The translations under genes were made by a program, and so were the position numbers. Below the pieces are notes generated by a model. The model did not search any database. It was not told the origin of the DNA and saw only the letters and a program-made list of their open reading frames with translations. A stretch of DNA of 64,000 nucleotides from an uncultured Bacteroidales bacterium (GTDB taxonomy: Bacteria > Bacteroidota > Bacteroidia > Bacteroidales > UBA932): assembly GCA_900320385.1 (NCBI GenBank), contig ONSD01000019.1:4444-68443 (forward strand), in the 5' to 3' direction. This document shows positions 1 through 9,214 of the stretch, one piece after another. Numbering within the stretch: the first letter of the stretch is position 1; each line of letters begins with the position of its first letter.

Positions 1-1497
1 GTCGACTGGTACAAGGCCATTTCCGACGACCTGCTCTACAGCGTCGCGGTACCCGCCGAGGCTGGTGCCACGAACGGCAGCGTGACCATGAACGCCGCTA
101 CGATGGTGAACACCGGTCTCGAGCTCGCAGCCGCCTACCACAACTACGACCACGCCCTCAAGTACGACATCTCCGGCAACGTAACGTTCCCCAGGAACGT
201 GGTTACCAAACTCGGTACCGGCGAGAGCCGCGTTGACGGTTTTACCAAGACCGAGCAGGGCAAGGAAGTGGGCCAGTTCTACGGTTATGTCTATGAAGGT
301 ATCTTCCAGAGCCAGAGCGAGATCGACAACCATGTCAACGCCCAGGGCAACATCATAACCCAGCAGGGCGCACAGCCCGGCGACGTGGCCTATGCCGACA
401 TCAGCGGCCCCGACGGAGTTCCGGACGGTGAGATCACGACCGACGACCAGACCTATCTGGGAAGCGGCATGCCCGATGTCAACTTCGGTCTCAGCTTCAG
501 GCTGGAATACAAGAACTTCGACCTTTCCGTATCCACCTTCGGCGCACTCGGATTCAAAGTCCTCGACTACATCGACATGGTACTCCACTCCTCGTACGGC
601 GTTACCAACAAGAGTGTGGACCTCATCAAATCCTGGACTCCCGAGAACCCCAGCACCACTATCCCGGCTTCGTACTACAAGACAGGCAGCACGGTCACCA
701 ACGACCTCTTCAGCGCCAGGTTCCTGCAGAACGGCGATTACTGGAAGCTTGCCAACGTCGAACTCGGATACAACTTCAGGGAAGACTGGTTCCACGGCCT
801 GATCAGCGGCGTACGCGTGTACGTATCCGGCCAGAACCTCTTTACGCTTTCGAAGTACCGCGGATACAACATCGACTTCGCAGGCGGCACCTTCACTCCC
901 GGCTACAACTACTGCTCGTACCCGACTCCCCGCACCTTCATGGCCGGCGTCAAGCTCTCGTTCAGGGGCGATGATCCCGCCGCACACGTAGATGCGGATG
1001 CCGCAGCAGCGGCAGCACAGGCCCTCGCCGCAGCGGAAGCCGCAGCAAGGGCGGCCCGTGCCGAGGCAGACAAGGCCAACCGCCGTGCGGAACAGGCTGA
1101 GGCTGCACTTGGCGCCTGCCGCACCGAGAATGCCGAGCTCAGGAACAAGCCCGCCACCGTGGAGAAATACGCTGATTACTTCGACGAACCCTTCATCGCT
1201 TACTTCACCATCGGCAAGAGCGTGCTCTCCGCCAGCGAGGTCGAACACGTGAAGGCCGCTGCCCGCAGGATACTTGCTGGCGGCAACAAGGTACGCTTCA
1301 CCCTCGCAGGCCATGCCGACTCCGGCACCGGCTCGCAGGCACGCAACGAACAGCTCGCAAGGGAGCGCGTGCAGACCGTCTACAACCTCATGAAGGAAAT
1401 GGGCGTGGATCCCGCACTCTTCACCGTCACCTCCAGCGTGGAGGACATATTCTCCACTCCTGAGCTCAACAGGTGTGTAATCGTTGACAAACAGTAA
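1..1497 (+). CDS. susC: SusC/RagA TonB-dependent transporter (5'-truncated by window) fused to a C-terminal coiled coil and OmpA-like peptidoglycan-binding domain
   Basis: Frame is open from base 1 (VDWYKAISDDLLY). SusC C-terminal motifs GIFQS, QPGDVAYADISG, VRVYVSGQNLFT and YPTPRTFMAGVKLSF (F at 961-963) are present. These are followed by an Ala-rich helix and the OmpA_C motif GHADSGTG..N..LARER..V..NRCV. SusD follows. Confidence 0.9.
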   Translation, partial: VDWYKAISDDLLYSVAVPAEAGATNGSVTMNAATMVNTGLELAAAYHNYDHALKYDISGNVTFPRNVVTKLGTGESRVDGFTKTEQGKEVGQFYGYVYEGIFQSQSEIDNHVNAQGNIITQQGAQPGDVAYADISGPDGVPDGEITTDDQTYLGSGMPDVNFGLSFRLEYKNFDLSVSTFGALGFKVLDYIDMVLHSSYGVTNKSVDLIKSWTPENPSTTIPASYYKTGSTVTNDLFSARFLQNGDYWKLANVELGYNFREDWFHGLISGVRVYVSGQNLFTLSKYRGYNIDFAGGTFTPGYNYCSYPTPRTFMAGVKLSFRGDDPAAHVDADAAAAAAQALAAAEAAARAARAEADKANRRAEQAEAALGACRTENAELRNKPATVEKYADYFDEPFIAYFTIGKSVLSASEVEHVKAAARRILAGGNKVRFTLAGHADSGTGSQARNEQLARERVQTVYNLMKEMGVDPALFTVTSSVEDIFSTPELNRCVIVDKQ

Positions 1498-1515
1498 TTC
1501 AAGGAGGACTACAAC

Positions 1516-3288
1516 ATGAAAAAGATACTTGTTATACTCGCGGCCCTGGCCATCATCGGCGGAATGACCGCATGTGAAGACGAACTGAACGTAGTCAACG
1601 TCAACAACCAGACGACATACGACTTCGGCGACGCCCAGGACGAACTGGAAGAAGCCGTCATAGCCTGCTACAACAGGATACGTCTCGAGGGTACCTTCGC
1701 CCGCGTGGGCTACACCATGGATGCCGTCCGCGGCGACGAAGTGTGGAACTCATCGCAGCAGTGGTACCTCCCCTACGACAATTACAATGCTCCGGCCAGC
1801 GACGAAATCGGCAACATGTGGATCTGGCGCGACTGCTACCATGTGGTTAACCGCTGCAACTTCGTGCTGAAGAAGGTGGAAGACGCAAAGCTTTCCGACG
1901 AGGCCTACAATCAGATCAAGGGACAGGCACTGTTCCTCAGGGGCCTCGCCTACTATGAGATAGCCACTTATTATCAGTCCGCCCCGCTCTTCACGGATTA
2001 TTCCCAGTACTCCAGCATGGAGGGGATGTATGCCGAGCAGGCAAGCCTGGACGAACTTATGGACCAGGTGGATTCCGATTTCTCCGAGGCCATGGGCATG
2101 CTCCCTTCGCGCAACAAGGGAGGAGAGTGGGCGAAGGGCCGCGCCACCTGCGGAGCGGCTGCAGGCTATTACGCCCGTTCGCTTATGTTCCGTCACAAAT
2201 ACGACGAAGCCCTCACCGTCCTCAAGGATATCATTTCCGGCAAGTACGGAAGCTACCGCCTCATGGCGGACTATGGCGACAACTTCCGCGAAGGCACCGC
2301 CTATGAGAACAACGACGAAAGCCTCTTCGAGGTGCAGTTCCTCGACTATGGCATGGGCGGATCCGACGAGGAATGGACTCCCGTGAACATCTCGTCCAAC
2401 GCCACCCAGGGCCATGCGGTCGAAAGCAATTACGCTTCGCAGGCTCTCGGCAGCTGGGGCGACCTCGCCGGCGCTCCATGGCTCTACAATCTCTTCAAGG
2501 CTGAAAAGACCACCGACGGCCAGCTCGACCCGAGGCTCTACTGGACTCTGGTAACCTACGAACCCGAATATGATACTTATACCGGGCTCAAGGATGTGGC
2601 TTACCCCGACGGCGACCCGCGCAGCAACGTGGTCTACATGGAAGCCATCAGTTCCACCCCGCGTTCCAACGGCAATCAGGGAGGCATTTCCATCGCCAAG
2701 TTCACCAATGCCCGCAACAACATCTACAGCAGCATCACCACCGGACTGCACTGCGGCGTGAACCTGAGGCTCATGCGCTACAGCGACGTGCTGCTGCGCG
2801 CGGCCGAATGCATCAACGAGGTGAGCGGCCCGAATGCCGAGGCCATAGGCTACATCAACCAGGTGCGCAGGCGTGCCGGGCTCGCCGACATCAGCCTCTC
2901 GGACTTCTCCTCGGCCGACAAGCTCTTCGAGCAGATAGCCAATGTGGAACGCCCGAAGGAATTCGGTTGCGAGAACGGACGCGGCATCGACCTCATCCGC
3001 TGGGGATTCTTCTATGACGAGGGACGCCGGAACCAGCTGGCACAGCATACCAGCTACCACTTCGACGACCCCGACGCAGGAGTGTCAACCGCCGAAGAGA
3101 CCACGGCTACCGCCAGTGACTACTCCATGAAGTACTATACCCCGGGTCATGAGTACTTCATGATCGCCCAGAGCACCATGAACAACAACCAGAGCCTTGT
3201 CGGCAACTCCGCCAACAACAACAGCGACAACAGCTCCTGGTACAGCGGGAACGGCTGGTCCGTGCACCCCGTAGTGGATCTGGACTAA
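1516..3288 (+). CDS. susD: SusD/RagB nutrient-binding lipoprotein
   Basis: Lipoprotein signal (MTAC); SusD motifs GQALFLRGLAY, DPRL, LMRYSDVLLRAAE, INQVRRRAG, ERPKEFGCENGRGIDLIRWG; directly after susC. Confidence 0.95.
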   Translation: MKKILVILAALAIIGGMTACEDELNVVNVNNQTTYDFGDAQDELEEAVIACYNRIRLEGTFARVGYTMDAVRGDEVWNSSQQWYLPYDNYNAPASDEIGNMWIWRDCYHVVNRCNFVLKKVEDAKLSDEAYNQIKGQALFLRGLAYYEIATYYQSAPLFTDYSQYSSMEGMYAEQASLDELMDQVDSDFSEAMGMLPSRNKGGEWAKGRATCGAAAGYYARSLMFRHKYDEALTVLKDIISGKYGSYRLMADYGDNFREGTAYENNDESLFEVQFLDYGMGGSDEEWTPVNISSNATQGHAVESNYASQALGSWGDLAGAPWLYNLFKAEKTTDGQLDPRLYWTLVTYEPEYDTYTGLKDVAYPDGDPRSNVVYMEAISSTPRSNGNQGGISIAKFTNARNNIYSSITTGLHCGVNLRLMRYSDVLLRAAECINEVSGPNAEAIGYINQVRRRAGLADISLSDFSSADKLFEQIANVERPKEFGCENGRGIDLIRWGFFYDEGRRNQLAQHTSYHFDDPDAGVSTAEETTATASDYSMKYYTPGHEYFMIAQSTMNNNQSLVGNSANNNSDNSSWYSGNGWSVHPVVDLD

Positions 3289-3309
3289 TTTGCAAATTAT
3301 TGCTAACTT

Positions 3310-3352
3310 TGTGGAGGCAGGGGCACGCAGCCTCCGCCTCCACATTCTTTTT
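3310..3352 (+). terminator. Hairpin with U-tract after susD (terminator or mRNA-stabilising stem)
   Basis: TGTGGAGGC/GCCTCCACA stem followed by TTCTTTTT, ending just before the GH43 ATG. Confidence 0.6.
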
Positions 3353-3357
3353 GGAAC

Positions 3358-5121
3358 ATGAGATTCTTCAAATATCTTTTCCCCTTCGCCATAGCGGCCG
3401 GCCTTGCCCTTGTTTCCTGCGACAAGGATCCGCAGGAAGGCAGCGGCATCCACACGAAACCGGTGGACGGCGATGAAACAGTCACCCCTTCCACCCAGGA
3501 AAAGAGCGGCTTCACCATGTCGACCGGCTACTGGGCCCCCGCTGTCCGCAAAGTAAACGTGAACGGGGTCGAAAAACTTCGCATGTACTACTGCCTGGTG
3601 CCCTCCAACTGCATAAAGACGGGCTCCCCCGATTTTGACGGCAGCTGGACGGAACGCGCCATCATCGGCATGTGCGAAAGCAGCGATCCGGCCGGAGGCA
3701 GGTGGGAAGACAAGGGATATGTCGTCTGCTCGTCATCCGACAAGGGGCGCGACGGCTATGCCAGGAGCAGCGAAAGCGACTGGAACGCATATTTCTATTA
3801 CAACGCCATCGACCCCACTTATATCGTGAACCCGGCGGGCGACGGCAAGGATTACCTCATCTACGGATCGTGGCACAGCGGCTTCGCCCTCCTGGAGATC
3901 GACCATGTCACCGGCAAGCCCGTGAACGCTCCGGGAGACCCGTGGGCGGGCAGCGCCGCGGAACTCTCTTCCCGCTTCGGGGTGCGCATCGGTACCCGCA
4001 ATTCCAATTCCCGCTGGCAGGGCAGCGAGGCCCCCGAAATCATTTACAAGGACGGTTATTATTATCTGTTCATGGCTTATGACGGCCTGGATGTCCCCTA
4101 CAACACCCGCGTAGTGCGCTCCACAAGCATCGAAGGCCCGTACAAGGACATAACCGGCCGCAATTTCACAAACGGCCGCGGCGACTGCTTCCCCATCGTC
4201 ACCCATCCCTACAAGTTCAGCAAGGGTTACGGCTGGGTGGGCATTTCGCACTGCGCCGTCTTCCCTGAAGAAGGCGGGAGCGAATGGTTCTACATGTCGC
4301 AGGGACGCTTCCCCGTCAACGTGGGGGGCAACGCTTACAGCAACGCCCTCATGATGGGGCACGTGCGCAGGCTGGCATGGGTACCGGCATCTCCCGACAC
4401 ACCTGACGACCTGTGGCCCGTCGCCCTTCCCGAACGCTACGGCGCGGTTCCCCAAAGCCCCGTTTCCAAAGAAGAAATCGCAGGCACCTGGGAGCATATC
4501 AACCTCGGCTACCATTATGCTGCCCAGGACGCATCCGAAGACCTCCTGCTCCTTCCGGACGGCACCATGTCGGGTGCCCTCAACGGCAAGTGGAGTTACG
4601 ACGCCGGCACAGGCCTGCTCACCCTGGACGACAATGCTACTGCCGCACCGGTATGCGTGAAGGTGACACGCGAACTCGACTGGGAAGCATCCCCAAGGGT
4701 GCCGACCCTCGTCTATGCCGGCACCGGGGTCAGCCTCAACGCTACATGGTGGGGCAAGAAGGTGGCGGAGGCCGACGGTTCTGCCATTGCCGCCACGCCG
4801 GGATACACCGCTCCCTCATACAACGACAATTACGTTTCCCTCGCCGCATGGTCGCACCACGACAGCTGGAATCTCGCGAACACCCACGATCCCTCGGTGG
4901 CATACTTCGACGGCTACTATTATGAGTGGGGCACGGACGCCTCCTATGGAAACGCGCATCTCGACGCCGCCAGCGGCAGGCACTTCCCCGGAAAGAGGAG
5001 CCGGAACCTGGTGGACTGGGAATATGTCCCCGGTCCTTTCAACGCCACTCCCCAATGGGCGGCCGACACTCTTAATTCCATACGCAAGCGCATGGGACTC
5101 AAATCGATAGCTAAAGATTAA
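3358..5121 (+). CDS. GH43 endo-1,5-alpha-L-arabinanase-like lipoprotein, circularly permuted
   Basis: Lipobox LVSC. GH43 motifs WAP, NAIDP, YGSWHSG, GSEAP and GISHCAV are followed by the C-terminal domain (..WWGKK). The normally N-terminal WNLANTHDPSV..TDASYGNAH..SRNLVDW block is at the extreme C-terminus. Confidence 0.88.
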   Translation: MRFFKYLFPFAIAAGLALVSCDKDPQEGSGIHTKPVDGDETVTPSTQEKSGFTMSTGYWAPAVRKVNVNGVEKLRMYYCLVPSNCIKTGSPDFDGSWTERAIIGMCESSDPAGGRWEDKGYVVCSSSDKGRDGYARSSESDWNAYFYYNAIDPTYIVNPAGDGKDYLIYGSWHSGFALLEIDHVTGKPVNAPGDPWAGSAAELSSRFGVRIGTRNSNSRWQGSEAPEIIYKDGYYYLFMAYDGLDVPYNTRVVRSTSIEGPYKDITGRNFTNGRGDCFPIVTHPYKFSKGYGWVGISHCAVFPEEGGSEWFYMSQGRFPVNVGGNAYSNALMMGHVRRLAWVPASPDTPDDLWPVALPERYGAVPQSPVSKEEIAGTWEHINLGYHYAAQDASEDLLLLPDGTMSGALNGKWSYDAGTGLLTLDDNATAAPVCVKVTRELDWEASPRVPTLVYAGTGVSLNATWWGKKVAEADGSAIAATPGYTAPSYNDNYVSLAAWSHHDSWNLANTHDPSVAYFDGYYYEWGTDASYGNAHLDAASGRHFPGKRSRNLVDWEYVPGPFNATPQWAADTLNSIRKRMGLKSIAKD

Positions 5122-5134
5122 AAAGATATCCAGA

Positions 5135-7075
5135 ATGAAAAACCTGACCTCTCTCATAGCAGCGGCCCTGTTGGCGGCGGCATGTTCGCAGCCCGCGCAT
5201 ATTTTCGAGATAGCCGCCGACAAACCGGGAGCCGAAATCCAGTCCACGATGTACGGCGTCTTCTTCGAGGACATCAACTTCGGAGCCGACGGCGGCCTTT
5301 ATGCCGACATGGTGAAGAACCGTTCTTTCGAGTTCCCGAATGCCTTCATGGGATGGGAGACTTTCGGCAACGTGGAACTGCGTACCGGCGGGCCTTTCCC
5401 GCGCAACCCGCACTATGTCCACCTCGGCTATTCCGGGCACAGCGACAAATTCTCCGGACTCGAGAACGAAGGATTCTTCGGGATGGGCCTCAAGGAAGGG
5501 GCTAAATATGACTTTTCGGTATATGCCCGCGGAACGGGATCGCTTCGCGTCGCCTTCGTGGACGACGACACCATGGAGGAACGCCAGATGTTCGCCGAAG
5601 ACACCCTGTTCGTCTCCGACCCCGCCTGGAAGAAATACACCCTTGCCATAGAATCTCCCCTTACCATCCAGGACGCGCACCTGCGCCTCACCCTCATAGG
5701 TGACGGTTCCCTCGACATAGAGCACGTTTCGCTCTTCCCGCAGGACAGCTGGAACGGACTGCGCGCCGACCTGGTGAAGGCGCTGGAAGACCTGAAGCCC
5801 GGCGTGTTCCGCTTCCCCGGCGGCTGCATAGTGGAAGGAGCCGAACTCTCTACCCGCTATCAGTGGAAGAACAGCGTGGGCCCGGTGGAGAACCGGCCGC
5901 TGAACGAGAACCGCTGGCATTATACCTTCGATTACAAATTGTTCCCCGACTATTTCCAGAGCTACGGACTCGGATTCTACGAGTATTTCCTGCTCTGCGA
6001 GCATCTGGGAGCCGAACCCCTGCCGGTCATCAGCTGCGGCCTGGCCTGCCAGTTCCAGAACTGGGACAAGCCCGAAGCGCACGTTCCCGTAAAGGACCTT
6101 GGGCCCTACATCCAGGACGCCCTCGACCTGGTCGAATTCGCTAACGGCGCCGTCACCACGAAGTGGGGCAAGGTCCGCGCCGACATGGGTCATCCGGAGC
6201 CTTTCGGCATGAAGTACCTCGCCGTGGGCAACGAGCAGTGGGACTATCTGTATCCCGAGCGCCTCGTCCCCTTCGTGGAAGCGCTCCGCGAAGCCTATCC
6301 CGACCTCAAGATAATAGGCACGTCCGGTCCCGATTCCGAAGGCAAGCAGTTCGAATACCTCTGGCCCGAAATGCGAAGGATAGGGGTCGACCTCGTGGAC
6401 GAGCACTTCTACCGTCCCGAGAGCTGGTTCCTCGCCGAGGGCACCCGCTATGACGATTATCCCCGCGAAGGCCCCAAGGTGTTCGCCGGCGAATATGCAT
6501 GCCACGGCAAAGGCAAGAAGTGGAACCACTTCGAAGCCTCCCTGCTCGAGGCCGCGTTCATGACCGATATCGAGCGTAACGCCGACATAGTGCACATGGC
6601 CACCTACGCACCCCTCTTCGCCCATGTGAAGGGATGGCAGTGGAGGCCGGACCTCATCTGGTTCGACAATCTCGAGACAGTGCGCAGCTGCAGCTATTAC
6701 GTGCAGCAGCTCTACTCCCTCAACAAGGGCACCAACGTGCTGTCCCTCACAATGGACGGCAAGCCCGTGGCCGGGCTCGAAGGCCAGGACGGCCTCTTCG
6801 CCTCGGCCGTATGTGATTCCGGAACCGGAGAGGTGATAGTGAAGATAGCCAACACATCTGCCGAAGCCCAGACCGTCAGGCTGGAATTCAGCGGGGTGAG
6901 CCTCGGTGCAGGCAAGCTTTTCAGCCTTCATTCCGACGACCCCGATGCAGACAACAGCCTCGAAGAACCCTGCAAGGTGGTTCCGGTAGAATCGGCAGTG
7001 AAAGCCAGCGGCAGCAGCCTCGATGCAAAGGTGCCCGCACAGACATTCCAGGTATACAGGATTCCAGTAAAATAA
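5135..7075 (+). CDS. GH51 alpha-L-arabinofuranosidase (lipoprotein signal)
   Basis: YGVFFEDINFGADGGLYA, RFPGGC, GNEQW (acid/base), DEHFY, GEYA (nucleophile), ATYAPLF, WRPDLIWFD. Confidence 0.93.
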   Translation: MKNLTSLIAAALLAAACSQPAHIFEIAADKPGAEIQSTMYGVFFEDINFGADGGLYADMVKNRSFEFPNAFMGWETFGNVELRTGGPFPRNPHYVHLGYSGHSDKFSGLENEGFFGMGLKEGAKYDFSVYARGTGSLRVAFVDDDTMEERQMFAEDTLFVSDPAWKKYTLAIESPLTIQDAHLRLTLIGDGSLDIEHVSLFPQDSWNGLRADLVKALEDLKPGVFRFPGGCIVEGAELSTRYQWKNSVGPVENRPLNENRWHYTFDYKLFPDYFQSYGLGFYEYFLLCEHLGAEPLPVISCGLACQFQNWDKPEAHVPVKDLGPYIQDALDLVEFANGAVTTKWGKVRADMGHPEPFGMKYLAVGNEQWDYLYPERLVPFVEALREAYPDLKIIGTSGPDSEGKQFEYLWPEMRRIGVDLVDEHFYRPESWFLAEGTRYDDYPREGPKVFAGEYACHGKGKKWNHFEASLLEAAFMTDIERNADIVHMATYAPLFAHVKGWQWRPDLIWFDNLETVRSCSYYVQQLYSLNKGTNVLSLTMDGKPVAGLEGQDGLFASAVCDSGTGEVIVKIANTSAEAQTVRLEFSGVSLGAGKLFSLHSDDPDADNSLEEPCKVVPVESAVKASGSSLDAKVPAQTFQVYRIPVK

Positions 7076-7082
7076 AAAAAAT

Positions 7083-9167
7083 ATGGGAAAGTACGATTGG
7101 AAATACGCCAACGTGGGAGGAGCCTCCCGCGTGCTGATCAGGACGGGCGAAGACATCGCCCATCTCGCAGAACTCGACCGCAAGCAGTGGACGGTGCTCA
7201 GCTGCCCGGTCAAGGGCCTTGAATTCGATTCCAGGACCCTTCAACTGCTCGATTCCGACGGAGACGGCCACATACATGTAGACGAAGTGATAGCCGTTTC
7301 GCAGTGGCTCAGCGCCGCCCTCAAGGATCCGGGCATACTCCTCAAAGGCGAGGGAACCCTCGCCCTCGACGCACTTTCCGACAGCGAAGAAGGTGAAAAA
7401 CTGCGCAAATCGGCCCTCCAGATCCTCGGGAACCTCGGAGCGGAAGACTTGAGCACCATCTCGATCGAGCAGACTTCGGACCTGGCGAAGATCTTTGCCG
7501 GAAGCCGTTTCAACGGCGACGGGGTCATCACCCCCACCAGCGCCGAAGACGAGGACCTCAAGGCCCTGATAGGCAAGATTGCCGAGATCAGCGGAGGTGC
7601 TGACGACCGTTCAGGAGAAAAGGGTGTGAACGCCGAACAGATCGAAGCATTCTACACCGCTTGCAGCGACTATGCCGCGTGGAAGGCCGCCGCAGGCAAG
7701 GACACACTCCCCTACGGAGAATCCACCGCAGCCGCCATGGATGCATGCAACGCACTCGCCGACAAGATCGCCGACTTCTTCATGCGCTGCAAGCTCATAG
7801 CCTTCGATTCCGAAGCCGCCCCGGCTGTTGACGTGGATATAGAAAAGATCAAGGCCATAGGAGGAGAAGACCTTTCCGGCAGTTCCGAAAAGATAGCTGC
7901 CCATCCGCTTGCGAGACCTACCGCCGAAGGGCTGCTGCCCCTGGACGGCAGCATCAACCCCGCCTGGCAGGGTGCTTTCGCAAGCCTCAAGGAACTTGTC
8001 TTCGATAAGGATTTCAAGGACAGGAAGGCCATCAGCGAAGCCGACTGGAATACAGTACTCGGCAAGTTCAGCACCTACAAGGAGTGGCTGGGCGCCAAAA
8101 AGGGTGCAGAGGTAGAAGCGCTGGGGCTCGACGAAATCAAAGCCATACTCAAGGCCGACAGGAAGGCAGCCCTAATGGAACTTGTCGAGAGTGACAAGGC
8201 CCTGGAAAGCGAGGCTCTCGGCATCGAAGCCGTGGACAAGCTCCTGCATTACTGCCGCGACTTCTATTCGTTCCTTTGCAACTACGTAGTATTCAGCGAC
8301 TTCTACGATTCCGACAAGAAGGCCGTCTTCCAGGCCGGCAAGCTCTATGTCGACCAACGCTGCTGCGAACTCTGCGTAAGCGTGGACGACATGGGACGTC
8401 ATGCAGACATGCCGGCTCACAGCGGCATGTTCCTCATCTACTGCGACTGCAAATCCAAGCTGGACGGCAGCAAGCGCACCATCGTGGCGGCCGTTACCAA
8501 GGGCAGCATCGACGGCCTGATCCCCGGCAAGAACGGCGTTTTCTACGACCGCGACGGTCTCGACTACGACGCTACCATCACCAAGGTCGTGGATAATCCC
8601 ATCAGTGTGCTCCAGGCATTCTGGTCGCCCTACCGCAAGTTCGGCAAATGGATTTCAGAACGCTTCGGCAAGAAGGCCGCCGACAAGGAAGCCGCAGGAT
8701 TCGATACCATGACCGCCAAGGCTGCTGAAGCCCCCGTACCGGGCGCAGCAGCTGCTCCGGCCGCTCCCAAGTCCTCTTTCGACATCGCCAAGTTCGCCGG
8801 CATATTCGCCGCCATAGGCATGGCCATCGCCTATCTGTCGCAAGCACTCGTCGCCCTGGCCAGGGGAGCATCCAATGCAGGCTGGCTCAAGGTCCTTCTG
8901 GTGATCGCAGCCATCATGCTGGTCATCTCCCTGCCCTCCATGATCCTCGCATGGATCAAGTTGCGCAAGCGCGACGTTGGCCCGGTGCTCAACGCCAACG
9001 GCTGGGCCATCAACGCCCGCTCGTACGTAAGGCCGCGTTTCGGCAAGACCCTGACCAGCGTAGCCAAGTACCCGAAAGTCAAGAAGTCGGGCCGCGGAAC
9101 GGTCATCCTCATCGTCGTCCTGCTCCTGATCCTCGCACTTCTCGCGGTGTACTATTTCTTCCTTTAA
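7083..9167 (+). CDS. Hypothetical EF-hand-containing protein with C-terminal transmembrane helices
   Basis: Canonical 12-residue EF-hand loop DSDGDGHIHVDE at 7251-7286; no signal peptide; three hydrophobic segments near the C-terminus. Confidence 0.8.
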   Translation: MGKYDWKYANVGGASRVLIRTGEDIAHLAELDRKQWTVLSCPVKGLEFDSRTLQLLDSDGDGHIHVDEVIAVSQWLSAALKDPGILLKGEGTLALDALSDSEEGEKLRKSALQILGNLGAEDLSTISIEQTSDLAKIFAGSRFNGDGVITPTSAEDEDLKALIGKIAEISGGADDRSGEKGVNAEQIEAFYTACSDYAAWKAAAGKDTLPYGESTAAAMDACNALADKIADFFMRCKLIAFDSEAAPAVDVDIEKIKAIGGEDLSGSSEKIAAHPLARPTAEGLLPLDGSINPAWQGAFASLKELVFDKDFKDRKAISEADWNTVLGKFSTYKEWLGAKKGAEVEALGLDEIKAILKADRKAALMELVESDKALESEALGIEAVDKLLHYCRDFYSFLCNYVVFSDFYDSDKKAVFQAGKLYVDQRCCELCVSVDDMGRHADMPAHSGMFLIYCDCKSKLDGSKRTIVAAVTKGSIDGLIPGKNGVFYDRDGLDYDATITKVVDNPISVLQAFWSPYRKFGKWISERFGKKAADKEAAGFDTMTAKAAEAPVPGAAAAPAAPKSSFDIAKFAGIFAAIGMAIAYLSQALVALARGASNAGWLKVLLVIAAIMLVISLPSMILAWIKLRKRDVGPVLNANGWAINARSYVRPRFGKTLTSVAKYPKVKKSGRGTVILIVVLLLILALLAVYYFFL

Positions 9168-9177
9168 ATAAATTTCA

Positions 9178-9185
9178 TACCTTTG
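9178..9185 (+). promoter_or_regulatory. Bacteroidetes -7 promoter element
   Basis: TACCTTTG matches TAnnTTTG, 29 nt before ATG 9215. Confidence 0.55.
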
Positions 9186-9214
9186 CACGGATTTATTCAA
9201 ACTTTTATTTAAAA

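Noticed and set aside
3289-3311. TAACTTTG as an internal promoter for GH43
   Set aside because: The upstream TTTG is only 11 nt away (19-21 expected) and the box overlaps the hairpin, so support is too weak.
8951-9214. N-terminal extension of the first beta-barrel ORF
   Set aside because: It overlaps the upstream gene. The signal peptide and -7 box support ATG 9215.
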